Below, piece by piece: positions 10,202 through 21,022 of a DNA stretch of 64,000 nucleotides (its first letter is position 1; each line of letters opens with the position of its first letter). The stretch spans positions 128,001 through 192,000 of the IMG/VR virus record IMGVR_UViG_2061766007_000342; one strand, written 5' to 3'. The DNA is from a virus. Taxonomy: Duplodnaviria; Caudoviricetes. Under the pieces are notes generated by a model. The model was not told the DNA's origin. It saw only the letters and a list, made by a program, of their open reading frames with translations, and ran no database searches. A program made the translations under genes and the position numbers.

Positions 10202-12127
10202 ATGCAAATTGTGGAAGAATACATTGAAGAAACCCACAGAATGTACATGCGAATGCATCCCGATGTTGATTCGTCCAAAGTATTGGACATCATACGTCGA
10301 AATGTCATGGAATCATTCTGTGATATTCCATGTGACATGGATAACAACATGACCCACGTACGGTATTCCACTACCATGACCAAAGTATTTGAATGGATGG
10401 ATGATCGTCAACCGATCATATCAGGTAATGCAACATTCTTCAAACAACATTCTGAATACTTGTCACCGACTGTATTATTCTTGGAGACCGAAGGAAACAA
10501 TCGTGGTATTCTTAAGAAGAAGATGTACACATTTAACCCGGATTCCATCGAGTACAAGAACTTGAACATTGGTCAAGGTAATGTGAAAGTCATCATGAAT
10601 GCAGACTATGGTGGTTCTGGCACCACCATGTCACCATTCTATTCTGTATACATTCCACCGTCTACAACTGGTAGTGCCAAAAATATGACAACGACCTTAA
10701 TCTGTTGTCTCGAAATGTTATCCGGTAATACCAACAAATGGGCACAGTTCAATGGTATCAATGAACTGTATGATTTCATTCGGATTGTGTTGACAACCGA
10801 CATATCGAATCGTGAATTGTTTGGTGGTTCTTTTACGACGGAACAAACAACAAATCGTTTGTTATCCATGATGCATCATCCGTCCATGTCGGATCGTCGT
10901 CAATTGACAAAATACATTGACACATTACCACAGTCACAAAAGAATCAATTGATGATGGCATATAATATGAAGCTTGTATTAAAAATGTATCTCCCACATC
11001 ACGTGGAATCGGTCATGAATTACTTAAAACCACATCGTATTGATTTCACACAAAACATGACGGATGATACCGTCTTCCAAGCAGGATTTGGTGTTAAGAT
11101 GCCGCCTGAGATTGAATCAGACATGCGGTACATTGTCAAGATGGTATTGGATAATTGTGTATATCCGTATATTGTCAATGATGGTGAAGCACGTGCTGCA
11201 TCCATGACACGTTTGATGGTATGTGTTACAGATACCGATTCATTGATGGTACATTTTGCACACTTCTTGGATGAGTTCCAAGCACACGTGGATAACTTCC
11301 GTGATTCTTGCTTGATTGCATCGGCATTTGGTATGCGACTCATTGTTGAAGGTGTCATTCCTAAGATGGTGGAAAACATTACGTCGTATTGTGGTATCAA
11401 AGACAAATATTATCGTGACAAGTTCATCTTCAAGAATGAGTACACATTCTTGGCAATGTCATTGTTTGCCAAGAAGATGTATTCTGCATCATGTCTCGTT
11501 CAAGAAGGAAATCTGCGTAATATCCACAAAGTATCCGTAACAGGATTATCCTTCAAGAAACGTGACTCGGCGGAATTCTTGGAACCGATCATGGAACGGT
11601 TACATGACGCATACGTACTGACACCAGAACGAATCAATGTTGGAGCATTGTTGGATGAATATCAAACGTTACGTGAAAAGCTACTTCCGTTGGTAACCAA
11701 AGTGACTGCATATCACAAAGTACAAACGGTCAAGAAAGCAGAAGCGTATGAGAAGTCCAAGACATTACCCGCACAGATTCGTGGATCCATTATTTGGAAT
11801 AACATGTTCCCGGACGAAAAGATACTACCGATGGATCGTGTATTTGTTATTCCATTATCATTTAAATACATGGAGCAACATCCCAATCCAAAGATTACAC
11901 AACTCATTCAATTGTTATCCATTGAAGATCCGGATCATAAGAAGGATCCGTATATTAGTTTACCAGATAAATATGATGAAATCCCAGAATGGTTATCCAA
12001 TGCAATTGATCCTGAGTTCTGTGTGGATAAGTTATTGACACCTTTCAAACAGTTGTTGGGATTGTTCGATGTGGTATTGGTTGATACACGTGGTGGATGC
12101 ACAGCAGCACGGATGATATACATTTAA
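10202..12127 (+). CDS. Family-B DNA polymerase, catalytic (motif B/C, thumb) subunit of a split enzyme
   Basis: Motif B Q...KVIMNADYG, motif C VTDTDS, FKNE, KKMY, GLSFKKRD; no exonuclease motifs or motif A. Confidence 0.9.
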   Translation: MQIVEEYIEETHRMYMRMHPDVDSSKVLDIIRRNVMESFCDIPCDMDNNMTHVRYSTTMTKVFEWMDDRQPIISGNATFFKQHSEYLSPTVLFLETEGNNRGILKKKMYTFNPDSIEYKNLNIGQGNVKVIMNADYGGSGTTMSPFYSVYIPPSTTGSAKNMTTTLICCLEMLSGNTNKWAQFNGINELYDFIRIVLTTDISNRELFGGSFTTEQTTNRLLSMMHHPSMSDRRQLTKYIDTLPQSQKNQLMMAYNMKLVLKMYLPHHVESVMNYLKPHRIDFTQNMTDDTVFQAGFGVKMPPEIESDMRYIVKMVLDNCVYPYIVNDGEARAASMTRLMVCVTDTDSLMVHFAHFLDEFQAHVDNFRDSCLIASAFGMRLIVEGVIPKMVENITSYCGIKDKYYRDKFIFKNEYTFLAMSLFAKKMYSASCLVQEGNLRNIHKVSVTGLSFKKRDSAEFLEPIMERLHDAYVLTPERINVGALLDEYQTLREKLLPLVTKVTAYHKVQTVKKAEAYEKSKTLPAQIRGSIIWNNMFPDEKILPMDRVFVIPLSFKYMEQHPNPKITQLIQLLSIEDPDHKKDPYISLPDKYDEIPEWLSNAIDPEFCVDKLLTPFKQLLGLFDVVLVDTRGGCTAARMIYI

Positions 12128-12152
12128 TATTTTATTCAGGAGAGTGATTGTT

Positions 12153-12683
12153 ATGTGGCAAGAGTTTTATGATTGGATTGAAAAGTATAATGGATGCACA
12201 TATGATTTGACAGACGACCTCCGTCAAATCTCCGGTGATGAAATCTTTATCAATCCGATGGGATGGAAGATCAATGTACAATCCATATTGGAATCATTAG
12301 ATGAAATGGTAGATATCATTGATGCTCACAAGAACGAAGTAACGGATGTATTTCCTTCGTATATTGCATTACGCAATTTCGTCATTGGTGAAACCATGAC
12401 ATCATTGATTGAAGTCATTAATTCCATCAAACAGAAATTACACATTGAACCAACCAATATCAACAATGTGGATACGTTTTCCGATCATATGTTGAACTTG
12501 TATGAATTGGTAAATGCTGTATCTGTATACTCATTGGAACAGTTATCCAAGATGGATTGGTTCGATGAATTCGAAGAAGATCATGATAACTTCTTCGAGA
12601 AAGAGTTTGGTCTGGCGAAACAAGACCTGACCAATATTCATTTTGTCGTAAACGATATTATTCAACTTTACGAAGACGAATAA
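12153..12683 (+). CDS. Hypothetical protein
   Basis: Acidic protein of about 176 aa; AGGAG RBS favours ATG 12153. Confidence 0.7.
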   Translation: MWQEFYDWIEKYNGCTYDLTDDLRQISGDEIFINPMGWKINVQSILESLDEMVDIIDAHKNEVTDVFPSYIALRNFVIGETMTSLIEVINSIKQKLHIEPTNINNVDTFSDHMLNLYELVNAVSVYSLEQLSKMDWFDEFEEDHDNFFEKEFGLAKQDLTNIHFVVNDIIQLYEDE

Positions 12684-12744
12684 TATTGTTTCGAAGGTAT
12701 ACCTTTATATACTATATTTTACTCTTTAAGGAGGTTGAGTGTTT

Positions 12745-13329
12745 ATGGCATTCATGAACAACAATGGTTTCAACAACCAGAACAATCAGCAGCAGGGTGA
12801 CAAGCCCAAGACAAACTTCAACATCGGTAAGCTACATGGTGAAGACGGTATTATGAACGTAACCATGTGGGTGTCCGATAAGAAGAGCATCTTCACGATC
12901 TTCTCCATCAAGCAGGCAATTGGTAAGGATCCAACTACTGGTACAAACGTGTATGAGCAGAAACAGCCCAAGGAGCTTCCGAGAATCTTCATGAATCCGA
13001 CGAAGCTGGAGACTCTGCTTGCAGTCATGAATGAAGTAACTGATCCGGGTACAGTAAACTTTGTACTCGAAGGCAAGTCCAATCTGACAATTCAGGGTGG
13101 TGGTAACACTGTTAAGTTTACCATCTCTGATAAGCAGCTTGGTGAGCGTACCATCACATTCAAGAGCACGCAGTTTGGTACCAAGAACCTGTTCCCTGAG
13201 TGGAACATGCTGAAGAAGTACCTCGAGGTATGCGATAAGAAGGTTATCTACAACAATTTGGATCCCGATGAGTTTGGTATGGTAATGGGTTCCAACGATG
13301 ATGCTACGGATGACAATCCGTTGGTATAA
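12745..13329 (+). CDS. Putative single-stranded DNA-binding protein
   Basis: Strong AAGGAGG RBS, highly biased codons, acidic tail ending in hydrophobic residues (DDATDDNPLV), located in the replication operon; function inferred. Confidence 0.5.
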   Translation: MAFMNNNGFNNQNNQQQGDKPKTNFNIGKLHGEDGIMNVTMWVSDKKSIFTIFSIKQAIGKDPTTGTNVYEQKQPKELPRIFMNPTKLETLLAVMNEVTDPGTVNFVLEGKSNLTIQGGGNTVKFTISDKQLGERTITFKSTQFGTKNLFPEWNMLKKYLEVCDKKVIYNNLDPDEFGMVMGSNDDATDDNPLV

Positions 13330-13964
13330 TGATTGATCTGTCATTTCTCGGGAAAGATGGATTGATGATTCAATATGAAGATGTCATCAGTGTCATGGGA
13401 TTCAATATAATCCGATACATGATTAACAATGACAAATGTACACCAGATATGAAGAGGATGTCCCTAGAGGACATCCTCTTGAAATATCTGAATCGCGATT
13501 CATATGACATCGATTCATGGATTAAAAAAGAATTTGGTTTGGATTTCCATCATTTGGATGCTCGCAACAGTCTCCACATGGTAATCCCCAACTTTGTATA
13601 CGCATACAAAGTATTTCAAGAAGCCAAAAAGCAGAATATTCCAAATTTATATGTTTATTCTAATGAATACTATCCGGGTATTGAGAAGCTGTTACCGTCA
13701 TTTGAAGTAAAAGAATTACAATATGTGCATGGGGATTTACTCCCCATACTCAAAGACAAACCAAACATAACTTATATCACTTCTAATCCCGATAATATTC
13801 GTCAATGTTTAAATATTATGACACCATTTGTGTTGACAATTGTAGATGACTTTATTTATATAAGCGACATCGTGAAAGACAAGATTGATCAACGTTTACG
13901 CGATCAGGGTAAGTTTGTCTATTACACTGGAATCTTGAACGGTGGATTGACAAATGTAAAATGA
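13329..13964 (+). CDS. Hypothetical protein (possible degenerate HAD-like fold)
   Basis: 211 aa, TAATG translational coupling to the upstream gene. Confidence 0.65.
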   Translation: MIDLSFLGKDGLMIQYEDVISVMGFNIIRYMINNDKCTPDMKRMSLEDILLKYLNRDSYDIDSWIKKEFGLDFHHLDARNSLHMVIPNFVYAYKVFQEAKKQNIPNLYVYSNEYYPGIEKLLPSFEVKELQYVHGDLLPILKDKPNITYITSNPDNIRQCLNIMTPFVLTIVDDFIYISDIVKDKIDQRLRDQGKFVYYTGILNGGLTNVK

Positions 13965-14004
13965 CATCATTGTTACTTTAAACACGTTAGGAGGAGAATT
14001 GAAA

Positions 14005-15648
14005 ATGGGTAAGAAGAAACCAGACGTGATTAACAAGTCTTTGATTTACGGGTATGATGAAGAAGCCGAATACACATACAATGTGAATCATGGAACCGTA
14101 TATCCGTACAATGGATTTCCAACCGGTGCAGATGGACGTAAGTACAAGAAGACACGCTTCATTCGATGGGAACCAATCCCGGAAGATATTATCGTCCGTC
14201 ACACTGGATCACAGATCCGTGTTAACTGGGAGGCCGTGTTGCCGGGTCAAGTCATTGATGACAACATCACCGTCTTTCAGTTGAGAAGTAAACGATTGGA
14301 GATCCAAAATCTGATTTGTGAACAGATTAATTTCTTCACAGCATTGTATGATGACGACAATGATCTGTTAACAAGTATGCTGATTGCCAAGTATAAAACA
14401 GATTCGCAGTTGTACACCATTGCACGATTTGATGAATTCTACAAAGACATTTATGACACGTTGTTCCCACCCCAGACCATGGATAAAATCATCAAGATGG
14501 TTGATGAGAATAATGTTGGTGATAATGTCATTGGATTGTTCCCGGAAGAAATGTTGAATGACATGTATCGGGTTTCTTTCATGATCAAGATCATGCATAT
14601 TTATGTTGAACACTTTATCATCTCAACGGGTAATTCACCGAAAGACTTGATTGAGATGTTTGCAAAAGCATTTAAATATGTCATGGACAAAGTAAACGAG
14701 AACATGTACATTCGTTTGTATAACTACGTGAACAAGAATGTTCTTCAGTGTATCTCATCGAATTCTAATATCTTCGAGATGCGGGCTGTAGAAGGTGTTA
14801 CAGCACCCGGTACAACACAATCCATCATGCACAAGACATTACTTTGTGAAGGATTGATCAAGCTGACATTCGCTTCTGAATGGGACTCATTGAACAAACG
14901 CCCAACGTTCTCATGTGTTGGTTTGATTAAATCGGTTGTATCACGTGCAACCCAGTTAACCAGAAAAGTCCAGTTGAGATATTCACTCGTTAATGTTGAT
15001 GATGATATTTCCCAGTTGTTATCTGATTCAATCTCATCAAATGCACCAATCTCCGTGATTCGTTCTTTCAATCCCGGAGAATATCAAGCAATGTATGCAG
15101 ACCTCAATATCATTCTTGGTCGTGTGATTCTGGCGACAGACGTATCACCCGTCGAATTTTATTTACAGAATCTGATTCAGATGAACGACTTGTCGAAGAT
15201 ACTGGTGTCGACTGTGTTGTACAATGAGTTCCATTCTTCATTAACAACTGATACATTATCCATGAAACAGAAGTGTATGTTGTTGCTGTATGTTCGTAAA
15301 CGTGTTATGGACATTTATGGATTGTCCGAAAGTGACACTGTCTCTAATCCATTGATCAATCTGTTGATGGGACGAATGGCTTCAACATCGACACGTACAT
15401 TGACTGCAAAGGATATGAATAACATCAAGAAGTATGTGCGTTTGAACAACTTGCGTGAATACTTATTATCAGAGAAGAATGTCAATGTATATGTCGAGAA
15501 AATCATTCAAGCGGTCATGACACAATATACAATTGTCAATCATAATGATCCGTCGTTGTTGGGTGTTGAGTTGGTATATGATGCCAATGAAATGACATTC
15601 AGCATTCTGGATATGATTGTGTCATTGTTTGAAACCATGCATCGTTAA
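14005..15648 (+). CDS. Probable non-virion RNAP promoter-specificity (sigma-like; AR9 gp226/phiKZ gp68-type) subunit
   Basis: About 547 aa, largely helical, directly upstream of beta'; INFF..LYD.D..LL....AKY..D...KMVDEN pattern recalled from this family. Confidence 0.55.
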   Translation: MGKKKPDVINKSLIYGYDEEAEYTYNVNHGTVYPYNGFPTGADGRKYKKTRFIRWEPIPEDIIVRHTGSQIRVNWEAVLPGQVIDDNITVFQLRSKRLEIQNLICEQINFFTALYDDDNDLLTSMLIAKYKTDSQLYTIARFDEFYKDIYDTLFPPQTMDKIIKMVDENNVGDNVIGLFPEEMLNDMYRVSFMIKIMHIYVEHFIISTGNSPKDLIEMFAKAFKYVMDKVNENMYIRLYNYVNKNVLQCISSNSNIFEMRAVEGVTAPGTTQSIMHKTLLCEGLIKLTFASEWDSLNKRPTFSCVGLIKSVVSRATQLTRKVQLRYSLVNVDDDISQLLSDSISSNAPISVIRSFNPGEYQAMYADLNIILGRVILATDVSPVEFYLQNLIQMNDLSKILVSTVLYNEFHSSLTTDTLSMKQKCMLLLYVRKRVMDIYGLSESDTVSNPLINLLMGRMASTSTRTLTAKDMNNIKKYVRLNNLREYLLSEKNVNVYVEKIIQAVMTQYTIVNHNDPSLLGVELVYDANEMTFSILDMIVSLFETMHR

Positions 15649-15671
15649 CATACTGAGAAAGAGGTTGTAAA

Positions 15672-17060
15672 ATGATTATTAAGAGATTGAACATGGAGCA
15701 TGAATACTTCTCGGATATGATTATGAAGAATGGATTTCATATTGAGAATGATGATCCATATGCTCCTATTGATCCACAAGCATTAACGAATTCTTCCAAG
15801 TTCACGGATTGTGAATTCCGTTGTGATTGTGGTGCATTTATCGGTCAAGACATTATCGGACAAAAGTGTCCGATATGTCATTCCGAAATTATGCTGCATT
15901 CATTAAACTTCAATTACACTGGCTGGGTATATCTGGGTAATCATAAAGTCATTACACCTTCTTATTACTTCCTGATCAAACGATGCATTGGTAATAACAT
16001 GCTGAAGTTTATTCTGGGAGACTATAAAGAAGATCGTGATCGTAAATACTCTGAGAATGATACCGAGTTTGATGAACGTCAAAAGCAGAAGAAGCGTGGA
16101 CGTGTTGCTGCAAATGATATCAATGCGATTATCAAGAAGATTCCTAAGAACAAGCATAAGTACAAGGGAATCGGATTCGATGAATTTGCAAAACACTTTG
16201 AAGAAATCATGATTGATTGTTGTCCAAAGCCGAAACAATCTGATCTGGAAATATTGTTGAAAAATAAAGATGATGTGTTCACTTCACACATTCCGATTTA
16301 CTCAACTGCATTTCGTCCTGTTAATACCACATCTGAGTCACAGTTCTATCCAACAATCAATCGTTGGTTGACCAAGATTGTTGCATTGCAGTTTCAACTT
16401 CGTCATATGGAATTCGAAGATGAAATCAAAGCTGCATTGAACTGTATTCAGAATAACTGGTTGGAAGCTTGTACCCATCTGATTGATAATGAGATGGGTA
16501 AAAAGACAGGTTTCATTCGTTCAGAGATTGTTGGTGGTCCGTTCCAGTTCTCTGCACGTGCTGTTATCACACTGGATCCGTTATTGAATATCAATGAAAT
16601 TGCAGTTCCCTATAACATGTTACTGGGAGCATACAAATATAAAGTGGCTCACATGCTGTCAACACGGTGTCAAATGACACTGGAAGAGAGTTGTCGATTC
16701 ATTGATGAGAATGAACGCGATCCAATGGTTGTGAAGATGCTGGATGAAATCGTTGACAAAGGTGTTTGGTGTGTCATGTTACGTGAACCAACAAACAACT
16801 TAGCTTCAATTGAACTGGTAAAAGTAAAGTATTACAAGTTCGAAGAAGCGGATGATACTGTATCACTGACCATTGAACCATTGGCTGGATTGAATGCTGA
16901 CTTTGATGGTGACCAGTTGGATTATTACTTCTTGGATGAATTCGGATTTGAATGCTTTAAACCATTCATGTATTCGTGTATGATGAACTATGTAACGGGT
17001 GACGTTCAACTGTCACTGCGTGAATGGTTCGCAATCTGTGCCGGTAGAATGACCGAATAA
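15672..17060 (+). CDS. RNA polymerase beta' N-terminal/catalytic subunit (probably non-virion RNAP)
   Basis: Zn finger CDCG...CPIC, FSARAVIT, REPT, catalytic NADFDGD. Confidence 0.92.
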   Translation: MIIKRLNMEHEYFSDMIMKNGFHIENDDPYAPIDPQALTNSSKFTDCEFRCDCGAFIGQDIIGQKCPICHSEIMLHSLNFNYTGWVYLGNHKVITPSYYFLIKRCIGNNMLKFILGDYKEDRDRKYSENDTEFDERQKQKKRGRVAANDINAIIKKIPKNKHKYKGIGFDEFAKHFEEIMIDCCPKPKQSDLEILLKNKDDVFTSHIPIYSTAFRPVNTTSESQFYPTINRWLTKIVALQFQLRHMEFEDEIKAALNCIQNNWLEACTHLIDNEMGKKTGFIRSEIVGGPFQFSARAVITLDPLLNINEIAVPYNMLLGAYKYKVAHMLSTRCQMTLEESCRFIDENERDPMVVKMLDEIVDKGVWCVMLREPTNNLASIELVKVKYYKFEEADDTVSLTIEPLAGLNADFDGDQLDYYFLDEFGFECFKPFMYSCMMNYVTGDVQLSLREWFAICAGRMTE

Positions 17061-17067
17061 AACAAAA

Positions 17068-17102
17068 AAAAAAGAACCCCGCGTGATGCGGGGTTCTTTT
17101 TT
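17068..17102. terminator. Bidirectional intrinsic terminator
   Basis: AAAAAAGAACCCCGC-gtgat-GCGGGGTTCTTTTTT between convergent genes. Confidence 0.85.
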
Positions 17103-17134
17103 ATCACCTTCTTTCTTTTTATTCGGACTGATGA

Positions 17135-17551
17135 TCAATGCGATGCCGTTTCCATCGCAATATCATCATCATCCTCATACACAATGTGCTCATTGGTGAG
17201 CACTGTGATGAGTTCATACATAACGTCCTCCATATAACCATCATCGACATAGTGACGGTTAAACGATCTAAAGAACGCTTCCTTCCCTGTCATAAGGAAG
17301 GCCATGCTTTTCTGGATTGATTCCAGTGTAAGCTTCTTACCATCATGGCCGAAATGGATCACACCATCAGTAGAGTTGTAGTCGATGGAAATCTCCACGG
17401 TTCCATGGACATAACATCCACCCTCATTGACGGTATGAAGTGATGCCTTCAGATACTCGTCGATTGCGCTGATGAGCGCATCGATTCCTCGTACCTTGAA
17501 AATGAGGTCATTGGTAAGCTTGCTGCTAGCCATGTTAATAGAAGTATTCAT
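17135..17551 (-). CDS. Early hypothetical protein
   Basis: 138 aa from ATG 17551 (AAGGA RBS); early-type promoter at 17624..17640. Confidence 0.7.
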   Translation of the reverse strand: MNTSINMASSKLTNDLIFKVRGIDALISAIDEYLKASLHTVNEGGCYVHGTVEISIDYNSTDGVIHFGHDGKKLTLESIQKSMAFLMTGKEAFFRSFNRHYVDDGYMEDVMYELITVLTNEHIVYEDDDDIAMETASH

Positions 17552-17623
17552 AATAAACTTTCCTTTCTGGGAGCATAGAAAACTCCCTGACGAATTGGAA
17601 GTAACCCTTTGTTCCTTCCTATA

Positions 17624-17640
17624 CACTTTAATTATATATT
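17624..17640 (-). promoter_or_regulatory. Early-type promoter motif
   Basis: AATATATAATTAAAGTG. Confidence 0.55.
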
Positions 17641-17674
17641 TTTAAATATTTCAAAATAATAGAAACCATTACCA

Positions 17675-17689
17675 AACGAGATTTTAACT
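17675..17689 (+). promoter_or_regulatory. Late-type promoter motif
   Basis: AACG-AGATTT-TAACT. Confidence 0.55.
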
Positions 17690-17749
17690 TTGTTGGCATA
17701 CATATTTAATATGTGTCGACTTTGAAATTTATCACATAAGGAGTATATC

Positions 17750-20700
17750 ATGATGGACAATATGAAACCTGTTGATGCTGTCAAGTTCACGTATAGTAGT
17801 GGATTTAAAGAAACATGTGAATCCTTGATGAAGACATTTGACCATAGCATGGAAGAACTTCACAAGGTAGTCACTGGAAGAACAACTGCACCAGATGAAT
17901 ATGCAGTTTGTAATTCCGAATACAAATTCCGTTATATCAGTCCCGAGAACATTGCTGAATATGTATCAAATTTAATCAAGGTATTGGAGATGCAGATGAT
18001 CGGTCCAAACGTAACCGATGTTGAAAGGTTCTCAGTAGAAAGTGCTTGTAGATTCGTTGGTGAGAATGATTGTGATCCATTTAAGTGGGGAACGATTAAT
18101 GCCAATGGAACATATACAAGAGATGATATGGGACTGAATGATTTAGTTGTATACTGTCAGAATGAATTTTTTGAACATGTAACGCTGAATCGTTTTGAAA
18201 TGAATAAGCGTCGTGAATTCATCAAGAAGGATTATGACAAGTTAAATGGGATTCATTTCTCTGCGAATGTTCGTAAAATGATCGATGCAATTCCGAACTT
18301 AATCAAGAAGACGAACTTTGTGAATATGGAATACACAGAACGACGCGCCATTGAAACATTCGTCGAGAATTTTGTATTGTTTGCAATTACATTGAACATT
18401 GCAACATGTGCTTCAATGATCATGTACTGTGTTCCTAGAAGTACCTATAACACTGCATTACAACATCATCCCATGAAGGTTGATGATAATTCATTACTTG
18501 ACAATGAATACTTCAAAGAGAGTGTTGACACAACTGCAAACAAACCTGTCTATGTTCTTGTAATGGATACTCACTCCAAAACAAGTATCCCGATTAAAGC
18601 ATGGACTCATTCCAAGTATATGCATGCTTCATTATCATTGGATCCAAATCTGGATCATATGTATTCATTCACCATTCGTAAAGATGGTTTCACTGTGGAG
18701 GATCTTCGTCATGAGCCAGAATTCTCCAAGGCAGAAGGTGCAATTTATGCTGCATATGTAACCAATCAACAGTTCTCCAAATTAAAGCATTATCTGGAGA
18801 AGATGGAGAAAGAAACCAAAAAATCCGATGGTGAAAATACTGCATACAATTGGGATTTAATTAAAAACATCTTAACATTTAAAGATGTAAATGATTCTGA
18901 TGATTACCATCAGATTTGTACATCATTTGTCAATAATATCTTCAAGGTAATTGATGTGACATTGACAGATAAGAATATTGCAACTGCAGAGGATATTCAT
19001 AAATCATGCGTATTGAAATCTGATCAGTTCTTCAAGGTGTTTGATGGTAAACTGACACTTGCAGATCCGGAAGATATCAAACGCAATGTTGAAATGAATG
19101 CTCACAAGGCAGAGTCCAAAACAATCAATGAATATGTCACCGAGTGTTGTCTGTTAAAGACAAATAACATTGTATGCAAGAACAAGATCCCATTCAATAT
19201 CAATATGAGGGACATTGTTCTTCAAGATATGCATCCAAACTTCAAGGATACTGTATCTGCAATCAATTTCATTATGAAAGATACACGTTCTCCATTTGCA
19301 CATCTGATCTGGAAATATGGTTCAATCAATCTTGATAATCAGAAGATCAATCCAGACATGATCGTTCGTATGTTCCTCGGACATCCGTGTTGTGCATGTG
19401 ATACGTTCTCGAACTATGCTAAAATGTACAATGACATTGATTTCCATACGGATGTCAATTGGCTTGACAAGATCACATACGGTGATATTTATCAATCTTC
19501 CAATTATCGCGCTGATGCTATGGGTAATGATCATAAACATCCGATCCAGATTACATTGGAAATGTTGTATAAAATGTATGGTGATCGTCGTTGCAAGACC
19601 AACCAAGATCTTGCGGATAATATCGAAATTGTTGGTGACGCAATGATTGGTATTGCACGCATCTACAAGGATTGTGGTATTGAGAACTGGGAATTGGTAC
19701 GTGATATCTTGGCTGTATTTGGTGAGATCATGACCAAGTGCATGATTCGTTTGTATAATAATCATATGGCAATCATTGTTGTATCTGATGATATGGACGA
19801 TACCATGATTCCTGGTTATATGTACACGGAATCATTTGTCATGGAAGCAGATAATACCAAACCAACTGTAACGGTTACAAACAAAGACGCTGTATCCAAT
19901 AAAGGTAACTCTACTGGAAAGCAGTTATTTGCCAAGGGTAAAGAATTCTTAAAGCAATCATTAACAAAGTTTTCTGGTTGGGTAACAGATGCATTGGCAA
20001 AGGTTCCTCAGAAGTTTGTAGATGTCCATAAGGCAGAATCAAACTGGATCGCGAAACATAAGGATCTTTCATCAAAGATCGGTACTGAGATTGGTTCTGC
20101 ATTTTCACCACATGTTGAGAACTGGCCTGCATACAAGATTCCGTTGAATGAATTGACAAGTGCCAATGTTAGCATCAAGAATGTTATCGACAAATATGTT
20201 CAGAACCCTTCACAGAACTTCGATGCGAATACAATTCGTAAAGAATTCTACGATCAGTTCCCTGCATTAAAGGGTCAAATTCAAGTTGGTGATCCCAATA
20301 AAGAAGCTGAAGCAATCTCCAATTATGTTTTGTACAGTAATCCAAATGTTACAAATGAAGAGAAATTCTTGAAGCTTCAACCTGGTGATCAAGCATCATG
20401 GCAGTCTGCATGGAATAATCTGTGCAATGATATTGAAAAGACGCCCGATGCATTAAAGACTGCTGCTAAAAAGATCAGCGACGATTTAAACCAAGCTTCT
20501 AAGGACGTTCTCGGTCAAGTCAATAAGCTTAAAGAGAATAAGTCTACTGAACAAAAGACTGAAACCAAACAAGAGTCTTATGCTGATTCTGTTGTGAACT
20601 ATGGTGATTTGTTTACTGAAGCTGAAACGGATACACCTCCGGCACAAACTGATGAAGGATCCAATAAGACTACAGCAAACGCTCAAACTTCTACAACAAA

Positions 20701-21004
20701 TTCTAACACAACAAACGGTCTGTCAGAAACACAGTTAACAACAATGAACAATGCATTGACTGAACTGTCTAAAGTATGGGCTGTGAATACGATCAATGCT
20801 TTGGCAAATAAGTTCTACAGAACTTCGTACAATCTGTATCGCGACTTGGTAAATGCATATCAACAGTCTGGTGGTAAGTTCACTGATCAGCAACAACAGA
20901 CTCAGAATAATGCTAATAATACAGAAACACCACAGACTGCTGAAGAAGTTGTAGACAGTGCAGCCGATTCATCACAACCACAAGGTCAGTCTAGTAATCA
21001 ATAA
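17750..21004 (+). CDS. Large virion head protein with internal permuted papain-like (NlpC/P60, YiiX-type) domain
   Basis: 1084 aa; YMHASLSLD ... YNW ... QICTSFV (His before Cys); multiple x-x-E|S/A motifs. Confidence 0.65.
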   Translation: MMDNMKPVDAVKFTYSSGFKETCESLMKTFDHSMEELHKVVTGRTTAPDEYAVCNSEYKFRYISPENIAEYVSNLIKVLEMQMIGPNVTDVERFSVESACRFVGENDCDPFKWGTINANGTYTRDDMGLNDLVVYCQNEFFEHVTLNRFEMNKRREFIKKDYDKLNGIHFSANVRKMIDAIPNLIKKTNFVNMEYTERRAIETFVENFVLFAITLNIATCASMIMYCVPRSTYNTALQHHPMKVDDNSLLDNEYFKESVDTTANKPVYVLVMDTHSKTSIPIKAWTHSKYMHASLSLDPNLDHMYSFTIRKDGFTVEDLRHEPEFSKAEGAIYAAYVTNQQFSKLKHYLEKMEKETKKSDGENTAYNWDLIKNILTFKDVNDSDDYHQICTSFVNNIFKVIDVTLTDKNIATAEDIHKSCVLKSDQFFKVFDGKLTLADPEDIKRNVEMNAHKAESKTINEYVTECCLLKTNNIVCKNKIPFNINMRDIVLQDMHPNFKDTVSAINFIMKDTRSPFAHLIWKYGSINLDNQKINPDMIVRMFLGHPCCACDTFSNYAKMYNDIDFHTDVNWLDKITYGDIYQSSNYRADAMGNDHKHPIQITLEMLYKMYGDRRCKTNQDLADNIEIVGDAMIGIARIYKDCGIENWELVRDILAVFGEIMTKCMIRLYNNHMAIIVVSDDMDDTMIPGYMYTESFVMEADNTKPTVTVTNKDAVSNKGNSTGKQLFAKGKEFLKQSLTKFSGWVTDALAKVPQKFVDVHKAESNWIAKHKDLSSKIGTEIGSAFSPHVENWPAYKIPLNELTSANVSIKNVIDKYVQNPSQNFDANTIRKEFYDQFPALKGQIQVGDPNKEAEAISNYVLYSNPNVTNEEKFLKLQPGDQASWQSAWNNLCNDIEKTPDALKTAAKKISDDLNQASKDVLGQVNKLKENKSTEQKTETKQESYADSVVNYGDLFTEAETDTPPAQTDEGSNKTTANAQTSTTNSNTTNGLSETQLTTMNNALTELSKVWAVNTINALANKFYRTSYNLYRDLVNAYQQSGGKFTDQQQQTQNNANNTETPQTAEEVVDSAADSSQPQGQSSNQ

Positions 21005-21022
21005 GAAAGGAGCGATAACATC

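Noticed and set aside
14005-15648. Chimallin (nuclear shell protein), suggested by its position between PolB and beta'
   Set aside because: The sequence looks mainly alpha-helical and fits a sigma-like subunit better; a structure search is needed to exclude it fully
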